Positions 10,718-21,164 of a DNA stretch of 36,895 nt are shown one piece after another (positions within the stretch are counted from its first letter, which is position 1; every line of letters starts with the position of its first letter). The stretch comes from Coniocarpon cinnabarinum (taxonomy: Eukaryota). The position numbers and the translations under genes were made by a program. Under the pieces are notes generated by a model that saw nothing but the letters and a program-made list of their open reading frames with translations, did no database searches and was not told where the DNA came from. The stretch is taken from contig JAVECO010000082.1 in the NCBI GenBank assembly GCA_051942205.1, positions 62,001-98,895 of the forward strand. The letters run 5' to 3'.

Positions 10718-13229
10718 TCATCGCATGCTAGATGTAGGGGAGGACAGTGGCGCCTGACTCGGCGGCGGCATCGCTGGATTTTGTTTCTGCGACTCCGAGG
10801 TATCATATGTATGTATTGACTGCGCAGCGTGGTCATGCTGCTGCGCACCGTACGGCGGTTGAGGTGGTTCCATGGCCATCGGACTGACCAGTGTCGTGGG
10901 GGAGACGGGAAAAGGTGACTGCGGAGAGAAGTACGTCGGCATGGCTTGCTGAGAATGCGGTGTTGGGGGCTGACTGCCATAAACAGATCCGAAATAGTAA
11001 CATGACGGGCCTTGTGAGGTGTCGACGCTGGGGCTGGAAGCTATGGAGTATGGAGGTTGCTGGTGCTCTAGGCCCGTCAAGGGGTGAACGTGTCCTGCAA
11101 GCGGCGGTGCGAATGAGCTCGTTGGCTGGTAGACGGCCGAGGGTGCGCTTTGGTGACGCGGATCCGGATTCATTGGTGGTATCATACCAACGGTTGATGG
11201 CGGAACAAAATGATGGTAGACATTGGAGGGTGCGCTTCGATTGCGTATCACCATGGTGTGATCATTACTCTGCATAGTGGCCTTGTAGTAATCTTTGATG
11301 GGTTGTTGACCGGGACCTGGAGTTGGGGTTCGGCAACTCTGTTGATCCTCAGTGGCTGTTGAAGAGATCGTCTCTGCGTACCCTTGGTCCAACCACTGGC
11401 GATTATCGGACTGGTGCTGGAGAAAGTCACCGAAAGCAGTGGCCTCATTTGAGAACTCCGATGGGATCACAGCCTCTCCATCTGGGGCCTGTAGATTCTG
11501 TGGATACATGGCTGCTGAACTTGAGCCCGTAAAATTTCCCTTTGGCGCTTGAGTATAGTAATTACTTTCCGTCGTTAGCTTAGATGAATTGATGACTGCT
11601 GTTTCAGAGATAGGGGCGTGGCGCTCATTCCAAGCAGGAGATGTACGGTCTTTGACGCAAAAAAAATTCATGCACTCACCCAGTCTGCCACATGGGATCG
11701 ACACTGCTGTTGACTTCATGTGCACCTGGCCACGTCGAACAGCAGGGATATGCTGAGCCTGACTCGGAGCTATATATTGACGGCTGCTCAGACGGACTCT
11801 GCATGTCGGTGTCGTCTTCGAAGAACAGGTTCGCAGAAATTATGTCGTCGTCATGACCGGTATGCTGGCAGCAGCCCTGGCAAGTGCAGCCTGCGCCACA
11901 CATACATCCCGGGGTGAGACAAGCATCAACGAGAGTGTATGGTTGATAACAGGATCTGAATCGCAAGTCAGCAACTCTAGGCGTTGTCCCAAAACTTCAA
12001 AACTGACTCTGGCAAGGAGCTATCCCATACGACACTGCCTTGTGAAACTCCTGATAAATTGCAGTTGACATTCGGTGTTGCGTCAACATCAGAAGAAAGG
12101 CGAGTGGCGGAGTTCTCTTCATTGTAGACGCCGCTCACTGGAGTTGCTGCAAGGTTTCGGCCTCTGTCTGGAATGATCAGCTGGACTGGAGGCGTTGACT
12201 GAGGCTCGTTCTTCTCAGCTGGTGGAGTTTGGACCTGGCTGTCACTTTCCAAGTTCTCTCGCTTTCCAATCCCTTTTGATTGCTCAGCTACCGACGATGA
12301 CTTTTTACGATCCGGACCCTTGTTCTTTGTTGTTTTATTACCTGATTCCTTCTTGAAGCCAGGCTTCTTCTCGAGCATTTGCCCTTGATAGTTTAACACC
12401 TCATTCACCATTTTGATAGTGGCCTCATTCGTAGGATGGTCAGAACACCCCACGCACGAACACTCCCCTGGAGGACATCGGCAATTGTCACCGTCCTTGC
12501 CAGGAAGGGGCGAATCCGTTGATCGTTCCTGCCATTGCTGCACGGGCACAATCTTACGACGCTTGGTAAGTGGAGAACTGGTGGATGTCAGTATCGACGA
12601 AAGAGATTCGAAGCTCCAACAGGAGGCTGACCTCGACGCGCCACAACATTCGCTTTTGATGTTTGAGGCTGATGCCGCTTCGCGCTGGGCTTCTTTTACT
12701 CCCCTCGCAGCTGCTTCAGATTTGAAGTCCTGTGGCAACGCGCCCTTGGTAGCTCTCAGCCTGCGCCACTCTTTGGCACGCTCGCGTTCGTCCTCATGAG
12801 CCTCTGCAATGTCTTGTGGGGCTCTTTCAGCATCTGTAATGGGCTCCTTTGGGTTACTGTGACATGAGCACTTGCCCATTTTGAGACCTGTACGAGTTAG
12901 ACATGTGCGCTGCATGTGACAACGGGTCGGAGCGAGGATTACGCACGGTGTCCAGGCACGACGTAGGCAGCTGCCGGGAAGCATGTCTTGCAACGATCAA
13001 TGCCCTCGTACCCTTTGCCATGCTCACAGTGAACTCGCGGTCTACCTGGAGCACGAACTTCCACCAAGACCTTAGCCAGATGACCGCAGCTGGGAGCTCT
13101 ATGGCCATAGATGCATTCTTTGCTGACATTCGGAAAACATTAGTTCGAGACCTTCTGCGGTGTCACAAGCAAGGAAACTAACCACGCAACTCGGATATTT
13201 TGATCTGTGCCTGGCACTCGCAAGAGCAT
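10718..13229 (-). CDS. Copper-fist transcription factor, Mac1/Cuf1/GRISEA-like (~741 aa); exons 13229-13183, 13122-12947, 12887-12008, 11955-11680, 11564-10718
   Basis: Spliced N-terminus MLLRVPGTDQNIRVACKECIYGHRAPSCGHLAKVLVEVRAPGRPRVHCEH matches the copper-fist pattern. Cys repeats CRCPPGECSCVGCSDH (CxCx4CxCx2Cx2H) and CMCGAGCTCQGCCQH follow. Four GT-AG introns with CTAAT/CTAAC/CTGAC branches give 2226 nt in frame. Confidence 0.85.
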
Positions 13230-14017
13230 GGCGTCATTTGCTAGGCTGCAAATGAAACGCCTTTGATGCTCAAGATTGCCAAATCTCAGAAGCAAAAGAT
13301 CGAGACTGTGGCTTCCATCGAGCTGCAGATAGACGATCCATAAAGCGAAAGCCCAAGCTCAAGAAAGAGTCACCCCACCGGCGAGGAGAGTGAATGCAAT
13401 GATGATTTCACAGATGCTGGAGGGGCTGTGGGAAAGCTCAGCCAAAGGTACTTGCCTCAAAAAGCCACAGACCCAGACGATCTGGTGGAGTCGATTGACT
13501 GGCGCGTGGCTGCACGATCACCAGGGGAGATGCGGTTCGCGGCTGGAAGGACGAGGGGCGTTTCCGGACGGGTGTTCGTGGGTGAGGAAGGATGGCGTAA
13601 TGAGACAGAGGTTGGGCGACAATTGGATGTCATGATGCCGAATAAAGGCAAGCATGAACACCTCGACGGCTTTGTCGCCGCAACAGACCTGAGCAAGTTA
13701 TTACATAATCACGCCCACCTGAGCGCTTTCCTGGCAAAAGTATCAGAGTCGTCTCTGGGTCTGGCACAGTGTACCATGGCACGACAACACGAAGCTTCCC
13801 ACCATGCGTGAGAAAACACAGATCGCTGTGGGGATGTCCACGGCTGCCCAGCATGAAGTTAGGAGTCATTAAATCATGCCCGTGGTATGGAGGGTTCGCG
13901 TCTTTTTCTGACTCGCGTGACTTCATCATTTCCTGATGCGGACATCAGAGCCTGCGCCGTCCCAGAGGAGATCGTGAAAGCAGCACCTACCCTTCTCCAA
14001 GGCTGATGCCATGTCCC

Positions 14018-14889
14018 ATGGACGTGGCGCAAGACGACCTAGACATCTTTGCCGACCCAGAGGGTTATTACCAGTCTCCACCAGCGCATACTTTCCGATC
14101 ATATACTTTACAGAACGGTCATAAGCTTCAACTGCGCCTCGTGGGACAAAGTCCCCTATGGGTGAGACAGCTCTGCACCGGCTACCTATCTCTGACGCGC
14201 GGATGACCTTTGCACAACCTCTTCTCCTGCCTTCCTGACTTTTGTTGTAGGGTCACCATTTGTGGCAGGCTGCATTGATCATAGCCAGATTCCTCGAAGA
14301 GCAGAGCGATCTCTATCTTCAAGGAAAGACAGTCCTCGAGCTTGGCGCGGGCGCGGGGCTCCCGTCACTTGTCGCAGGACTATGCCGTGCTCGCCAGGTC
14401 GTCGTGACAGATTATCCTGACAACAACCTCATCGAAAACCTTGAGTATAACATAAGGCATTGCTCCGAGGCTTCTGAGGAGGGCAACTTGCCGAATATCA
14501 TAGCGAAAGGTTTTATGTGGGGTGCTGATCCGTCATGTCTGCTCGCTCTACTGTCTCAACCTCACACTGGTACGCATTACGGCTTCGACACCCTCATCCT
14601 CGCTGATCTTTTGTTCAATCACACCTGCCATGAATCTCTCCTGAAGACAGTGACGCAGACTTTAGCGCGTAGACGAGATGCCGTAGCGTTGGTTTTTTTC
14701 TCACCATACAGGCCATGGCTTCTGGACAAGGACCTCGCGTTCTTTGACTTGGTCCGTCAGGACAGGAGACTGATCGTTGATGAGCTTGGCAAATGGATGA
14801 TGGACCAAGTCATGTTTGAGGACGACCGCGGCGACGAGACCTTGCGCCGGACTGTCCTTGGATACAAGCTCAGGTGGGCCGATGTGTGA
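14018..14889 (+). CDS. EFM7: Protein N-terminal/lysine methyltransferase Efm7 (Nnt1); exons 14018 (or 14006)-14161, 14251-14889
   Basis: LRLVGQSPLW|GHHLWQAA, SAM motif VLELGAGAGLPSL, VVVTDYPD, LILADLLFNH, FSPYRPWL, MFEDDRGDETLRRTV. Intron 14162-14250. Confidence 0.92.
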
Positions 14890-14974
14890 GCTGTTTTGCA
14901 ACGCTACGACAAAGGCTTGCATGCACGTTGGTAAAGGGCCGCTGCTTGTATTATAAAGCCTATGTTGCTCTCTT

Positions 14975-16063
14975 TCAATGGTGCTTGAAGACATGCAATT
15001 GATATCGCATATCCTCTAACTTGATTGGGTACACGAGCTGGTCAGGCAGCCTGAACCACTGAGACTCGCATTCGTCTATTTTATACCAAGGCGACTGTTT
15101 GTCAGGCGCACATTCTGCCGCCACTTTCAGAAGAATGTGATCAAGAAGCCATACCATAGGGTACTTCCGCACCGAGGTTGGCTTCTCAGAATCACGATCT
15201 TGTTCACCACTATTCTGGAGGACGGGCTTGGTCCTGAATCCGACCGTACTATAGCTTCCTGCGCTGTCTACAACGATAAGCAAGGAGCCTGTCTTAGCCA
15301 TGCGGGTCAGATTGAGCAGGAACATTTGAGTCTTTGGTAGAGATTCACTAAAGAGCTCATTCAAAGTGAAGAAGATCGTGATTAAATCTGCATTCGAGGT
15401 AGCCTGGGCAGTTGTCTCATCTCTGAGCGCGTTGGGGCAGAGAAGGTCTTGATGGATTGATTTGAGGTTAACTTGCCTTGGAATCGGAGTGCTTTGCTCG
15501 ACGCTCATGCATGTCTGATGTAGGTCTTCTAGCACAGGTGACCACTTAGCAATGTCCACGACGGTCAGGTCAATATGTCTCCGCTCGCTAGTTAGTACGC
15601 TATCTGTGCAACAGGCTTGCGAGTCCGCAGGTCTACATATAGACGAGAGCTCAGCACCCCCGCCCCCTCCGAGGCAGATCACACGAGTGTCTGTAGTGCT
15701 TGAAAAGATTTCATGACTTCGATCTATGCACGCAAGAATTTGTTGATAAGCAAGAGCTCGAGTGGGGCTCCACCTCGCAGCGTATGCCCGGAGGCAGTCT
15801 GCATCTTTGAACGCTTCATCAAAATCGCGATTGTACAAGTGCTTTTTAATATGCTGAAGCTTTGTCTCCAGGCTCCGAGGGGTTTCTTTGTGATCCAGAA
15901 GCTCCTTGAATGTGTGTGCAAAAACATCAAGCAATTGCTGTTGCGTGGTCAAAGCCACTGGAATAGACAGCCCAAGCCTGCTATTCTGGAACGAAGTACT
16001 TGCTGTAGGTCGATGCTGGCTCTCTAGTTTGGATTTCTTATGGTCTCTGTTATTAGGTGCCAT
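14975..16063 (-). CDS. BMT6: 25S rRNA uridine-N3 methyltransferase, Bmt6-like (DUF3115)
   Basis: IKKHLYNRDF, YAARWSPTRALAY, VICLGGGGGAEL, FTLNELFS, GSLLIVVDSAGSYS, YPMVWLLDH, WFRL, DMRYQ. The first ATG is at 16063 (the ORF track starts at a TTG). Confidence 0.85.
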   Translation of the reverse strand: MAPNNRDHKKSKLESQHRPTASTSFQNSRLGLSIPVALTTQQQLLDVFAHTFKELLDHKETPRSLETKLQHIKKHLYNRDFDEAFKDADCLRAYAARWSPTRALAYQQILACIDRSHEIFSSTTDTRVICLGGGGGAELSSICRPADSQACCTDSVLTSERRHIDLTVVDIAKWSPVLEDLHQTCMSVEQSTPIPRQVNLKSIHQDLLCPNALRDETTAQATSNADLITIFFTLNELFSESLPKTQMFLLNLTRMAKTGSLLIVVDSAGSYSTVGFRTKPVLQNSGEQDRDSEKPTSVRKYPMVWLLDHILLKVAAECAPDKQSPWYKIDECESQWFRLPDQLVYPIKLEDMRYQLHVFKHH

Positions 16064-16407
16064 TGGACCATAGATGCACAAGCCCGACGGGTTCGTGTGG
16101 CAAGTATGTAGTTCTCATGGAAGGCTTCACATGAGTATTTCGTCGTCAAGGCCCAGCTCCGTGGAGCGACGGGGTGGCAGGGTTGAATATGTCTCCGAGT
16201 CAGATGTCTCCGAGTCATTGAGGCGCCAGCATTGTGACGACCCCTCTGGGGCTGGCCAGACCAGGAACAGGAACGGGTCGACAATGCCGAAGATCAGTAG
16301 GATGGCAAGCTTTCTGCGCCTCGATGGCAATGCGTGCAGTATTTTGAGGCCTGAGGTATTCGCCGAATGATTGTTCGAAGAGCTAACGCCGGGGCCTTGG
16401 GCAGTGC

Positions 16408-16630
16408 GTGACGCGTGACGCCAAGCCGTTCTGGGGGATGCTGTGGCGCAGCGATTGTGGCGAGGAGTGCAGCATCGCAAATCGTGAGCCACCTGTACGG
16501 CGCTGTCGCCCTGAAGCGGGTGCCTCGTTAGTGACGTCATCCAGGGCGTCTCCCAGCTGCGCGGCAATCCGACGATCAGCGATTGGCAAAGCTTGGTCCA
16601 GAGTGATTTCCTCTCCCAGACGCCGTGACG
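16408..16630. promoter_or_regulatory. Cluster of CRE/ATF-like elements in the BMT6-PMP3 divergent promoter
   Basis: Full palindrome TGACGTCA at 16532-16539, plus GTGACG half-sites at 16408, 16415 and 16625. Function is inferred. Confidence 0.4.
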
Positions 16631-16788
16631 CCAGTACAAATATTAGACGCTCGCCGTGACTTTCTCGCCCAGCTTGCTCTGCTTGTCATCTCTGCTTCTA
16701 CGAGTCCTTCTGCACCTCAGACTGCACCATCCGACCATCGACGACGACCTCCTACCCGAACATCTCCGCTCGTACTGATCGCACCAAG

Positions 16789-17123
16789 ATGCCTTTCACC
16801 GGCAGGTGAGCCAAGCCCGTCGCCCAGTGCACACGGAACTGTCGGCTTTGCGAGACAGTGGTGCATCCCCCACCTCGTGAAAGAGAGTGCTGACCAGCCG
16901 CTCCAGTGATATCATCAAGATCATCTTCGCCATCCTGCTACCACCGCTGGGTGTGTTCCTCGAGCGTGGTTGCAATGTCGACCTCCTCATCTGTATCCTG
17001 TTGACGTGTCTGGGCTACATCCCCGGCATCATCTGTGAGTGCTCTTTCGAGCCGCCAATGCTTCCATGCGCTCGGCTGACACGCGGCCCTGCAGACGCGC
17101 TCTACATCATTCTCAAATACTAG
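16789..17123 (+). CDS. PMP3: Plasma membrane proteolipid Pmp3 (57 aa); exons 16789-16805, 16907-17034, 17095-17123
   Basis: Spliced sequence MPFTGSDIIKIIFAILLPPLGVFLERGCNVDLLICILLTCLGYIPGIIYALYIILKY. Canonical introns with GCTGAC branches. Confidence 0.96.
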
Positions 17124-18321
17124 AACCAGCTGCCATGTTCATCAGAACGGCAGCCTTTGCTGAGATACCCACAACTACTTCTTCTGGAGGACGACTGCGG
17201 CAGCATTGCACATTAGGGGGGGGCGCATTGCGACGGTGTTTTCGGACCCCAAGCAGTGGCAATGTTGCAGATTCCTGAGACATTGTTATCTGGGTGGTGC
17301 ACAGGCAGGCAACGAGCACGGCGTTAGACGTGGCACGCTATATCGAAAAGGACAAGATTTGCGTCAAGTTTCCAGAAAGGAAGACGTCTGCCGTGGTCGC
17401 CTGCTTATTTAGCTTGAATACACAGCCCAAATTTCCACGAGAACTACGCCGCGTTGTTGGTTTGTGCAGAGTGCCGCAGTCGTGTGGGACGGCCTGCATG
17501 ATGCACTCGCATTGGGGAAGAGCGCTCACATTGCGCGAGTGTGCCTGTGTAGTCTATCTTGTGTGCGCGCCCATCAGTAGGATCCTATCTCTTTGGGAAA
17601 AGGGCAGTATTCGTGTCCTTTTCACTTCGCCCGTCAGGCGGACAGAGTTCAGCAAACGCGGCAGGACCAGCGGATTCGGTATTTGGGGGAGCGGGGGCCC
17701 TGACACAGGTAATGTTTGGGGCAACGTTGGGGCACCGGCCCCTATTGCTTGGGGGCATCGCGGGGGCCCCAACCTCTCCCAATTGGGCTCTGTCGCGGCG
17801 TTCTCGCGGCGTTGGAGAGGGCGGCTCGTTAGCGCCACTCGCGCCTCCAAAAATAAAAAAAAACCTAACGCAAAAGACGCCCAGAAAATACTCGCCGCAT
17901 TCTGCCGCAGCTCTCTTCTCTGCCCTTCCCCCAATCCATCTTTAATTCGCCCTCTCCCCCAGATTCTTGCGTTTCATCACGGCGTCTACATCTTCTCGCC
18001 TGCAGCACGCCCTCTCAGCGGTGTCACTCTGCCTCTTCGTCCCTCGTCGCTGCACACGCGCCACTGACCGGTTTCATCTTGCTTCCTGCGCGACAAATGG
18101 AGACCTGCATCGCCGCTCGACCCCAAAACTCTTTTGTCCACCCGTGACGCTGCCCTCTTGGTATCCGCAGCCGTTTCTCTGAAACTTGTCCTTTGTCCTC
18201 CACGATTGTGCCGCCTGACGTCGCCTTTCCTCCTCCGAGTGCCGTTGAGCGGCCGACAGTCTTTCATCATCCTCCATTCTGACCCTCAGACTCTCCTCTC
18301 ACTCATAACCGCATCGACGAG

Positions 18322-18380
18322 GTGAGTTTCTGTCCGTGGGAAGAGGCTGCGTAGCACTTGACCCACTCACTGCTGTGCAG
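18322..18380 (+). other. Probable 5'-UTR intron of the 18888 gene
   Basis: AG|GTGAGT donor, CTCAC branch-like site, TGCAG acceptor, 59 nt long. Confidence 0.6.
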
Positions 18381-18887
18381 ACTCGGCCAGCAGCGTCTTT
18401 GTGCAACCGGGCTGATGCGCTTAACAGGACACTTGTGGAGCGTGGTTGGGCTCCACCACCACGGGCGTGCCACTTAGCTGAGTCCTGAGGACAAACACCA
18501 CCTACCCTTTTCCACGCGAACCCAGAATCGCGGTTTTAATTTCGACCTTCCACGGCGTCCATGCTTCGATTCGCGCAATCAGCATCTTGCTCTCAGCTTG
18601 CGCCGCTTTCCCTTTGCTCTGGCTCTCTCAGTCAATAGCATTTGACCACATCAACCTCGACCATCATCCGGTCATCTTGTCCTCACAGTGCTTCTTTTGA
18701 AGACGTAGAGCACAAAAACTCCATTTTGCGTTCAAATACTACTTCGCTTCTGTCACGGCCTCCGCATTCTCCCCGGTCCTTTGGGAGTCAGCTGGCCCCA
18801 ATTCTAGAATAGTTTTGAGTCCCGTCTCACCTTCCATACAAGATCGACAGTTCCTATAACGGATGGTCAGAAATCTTAACGGCCGCC

Positions 18888-20567
18888 ATGAGTACCATAC
18901 CTTACAGCATTACCGATGCCAATGCACAGCCTCTGGCAACGGACGTCGCCACGGCGCTTGCCCCTTCCAGCAAACCGGCTTCGTCGGCTGTGTCGACGGT
19001 AACAGCCACACCGTCTGCCGCCCATTCACCCACGCTCACTCCAGGAGAGATCGCTGGCATTACCATCGCTGGAGTCGCAACCGCAGTAGTCGTGTTCTTC
19101 ATATTGGGAGCCATTTTATCGTGTATGCGAAAGCGAAGGTTAGCTCAAAATGGAGGACAACAAGACCAAGCCGACGGTGCGCGCTTTGGCGGTTCAGAGA
19201 AGGGGCCATCCACAGACGTTGAACAGGTCCAAGAGTCTGACGATGGCTCAGCCCCTTCCACACTACCATACGACGTCGCAAAGGCTTATCCGAGGATTGC
19301 TGACCCCTCCAATATTGGTGTCGCCGTGAGCGATCCAAGGCAAATGGAAAGAACACCTGTTGAAACCCCAGCAAGCGCCGAGAGCGCGAATTCGAGAACC
19401 CGCCTAGTTGCAAACACCTCTCCTCCACAACATCACACATCTGCGTCGGTGGAATCCGCCATTGCAGCTGCTCGCCCATCGCAAGATTCACGAAACCGCT
19501 CCGTCTCTAACAGCAGCTACCACACACAGGCCTCTCGCCACAAACCGACCAACTCGGTCACTCCTCCGTCAGCTTACAGCTCTACTTTTCTTCGTCCCGA
19601 GAGCTCGATTGCACCTTCGTTACCTTCAGTCTCCTCTCAAAAGCCCCTTCCATTGGCTATTTCCAAACCTTCCCCCGCGGCTAATCCATTACATTCAAAC
19701 CCACGGAACCCTCCAGGAGGCAGAAATAGGCATGTGTCCAACAACAGCGTGAATACTGTGATCAGCGAGGAGCCCATGGCCAACGACCGACAGTCCGTGC
19801 CGAAAATCATACCACGCGCACCGCTTTCAACCTCGCCCCCGCAGCCAACAGCATCCAGCCATGGTACCGACACCCGTGACTACTTCTACAACTCACAGCC
19901 AGCCGTGCAGACTTCGAATCCACCTGCGCTTCACTTGAACACTGCGGTGCCAACGCAGCAATCACGCCAGCAAACCTCTGACAACCACGAGGTCTCGCCG
20001 CTCTCTCCACCCACGCGTACCTTCTCTCAGCTCTTGACTGATCGCTTCTCCTTGGGCAAGTCAAAACCTACGACTACGGCCAATAATTTCTCTCAACCGT
20101 CTTATGCTGCGAGCCAGTCCCATTCCAACACTCGTCCCCAACAACACCAGCATCCCTCCTATCGCCGCACCAATTCCAAAGGCAGAGCCCGCACTCAATC
20201 ATCAAGTGAATCTCTCACCTCCTCCGTTTCCTCACTCGATGAATACGACTTCACGACAAGCGAAGCCCCGCAACTCAGCCCCATTTCCGAGCTGCAACAC
20301 CACTCGCGCGTCATCCCCAGCGTGAAGCAGCCATCCAGTTCGCACCCCGCGCTCCGACATCAAACGAGCCAGAGCAGTCTGCTCGAGAAGCGCAAAGGTT
20401 CCGATGGCGCGAACGAAATGCAGCGGAATCTTTGGATCACGGGGTCGAATGGTCGCACCGACGATTCGGCACCGGGATACGGCGTTGCGATGCAGCGGTA
20501 TCTTCAACCTGCACGGGGAGAGGTGGTGGAGAGTCCGGAGGTGGCGCAAGGAGGATGGGGACGATAG
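18888..20567 (+). CDS. Uncharacterised single-pass (type III-like) membrane protein with a long S/P/T-rich disordered tail
   Basis: 559-aa ORF with good start context (gccgccATG). Short S/T/A-rich N-terminus, TM helix IAGITIAGVATAVVVFFILGAILS followed by basic RKRR, then a low-complexity tail. Confidence 0.8.
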   Translation: MSTIPYSITDANAQPLATDVATALAPSSKPASSAVSTVTATPSAAHSPTLTPGEIAGITIAGVATAVVVFFILGAILSCMRKRRLAQNGGQQDQADGARFGGSEKGPSTDVEQVQESDDGSAPSTLPYDVAKAYPRIADPSNIGVAVSDPRQMERTPVETPASAESANSRTRLVANTSPPQHHTSASVESAIAAARPSQDSRNRSVSNSSYHTQASRHKPTNSVTPPSAYSSTFLRPESSIAPSLPSVSSQKPLPLAISKPSPAANPLHSNPRNPPGGRNRHVSNNSVNTVISEEPMANDRQSVPKIIPRAPLSTSPPQPTASSHGTDTRDYFYNSQPAVQTSNPPALHLNTAVPTQQSRQQTSDNHEVSPLSPPTRTFSQLLTDRFSLGKSKPTTTANNFSQPSYAASQSHSNTRPQQHQHPSYRRTNSKGRARTQSSSESLTSSVSSLDEYDFTTSEAPQLSPISELQHHSRVIPSVKQPSSSHPALRHQTSQSSLLEKRKGSDGANEMQRNLWITGSNGRTDDSAPGYGVAMQRYLQPARGEVVESPEVAQGGWGR

Positions 20568-21164
20568 CGGGAGTTTCGGTGGGGAGGTGGGGAAGGGTGG
20601 TGGGAATACGAGGAGAGACGGGATTGCAATATGAGAGTGGGATGTGAAATGAGAGAGAGAGGGGAGGTGAAGAGAAACGGTCATGGATACGGCTGCTGAT
20701 ACCGCCATCTAATGTGCATAGCTGGCGTTGAGATACCCACTAGATATTTTCGAATGAATGTGCAAGATCACACTGTCAAATCACCGTCGATTCTTGACGT
20801 CTCTGCGTTGTGTTTCGCCTTCGAAACTTTCGCACACGGCTCGTGATGTTTTAGTATCATCTCTTTGGGTTGCTGTGGAGTGCAATGCTGCAGAGTCTTC
20901 ATATAAAGCGACGACATAGACTAATCAAAAAGCGGTAAAGCCTTGTACATCAGGCATCAAGAACCTCGACTCAATATAATACCATAAGAGACGGCGACAA
21001 GCAATTCCAAAATCAACATATGCCCGCAGCAACCGGACATCTAGTAAGAGACATTGTGAAGTTCTGATGCATCCATTGTATTCACCACTATATGGGTATC
21101 TGGCAACCTGTAAGCCAAGTGGATGGCGCACATGAAAAGGAATCGAGTTGAATCGAAGAAACCC

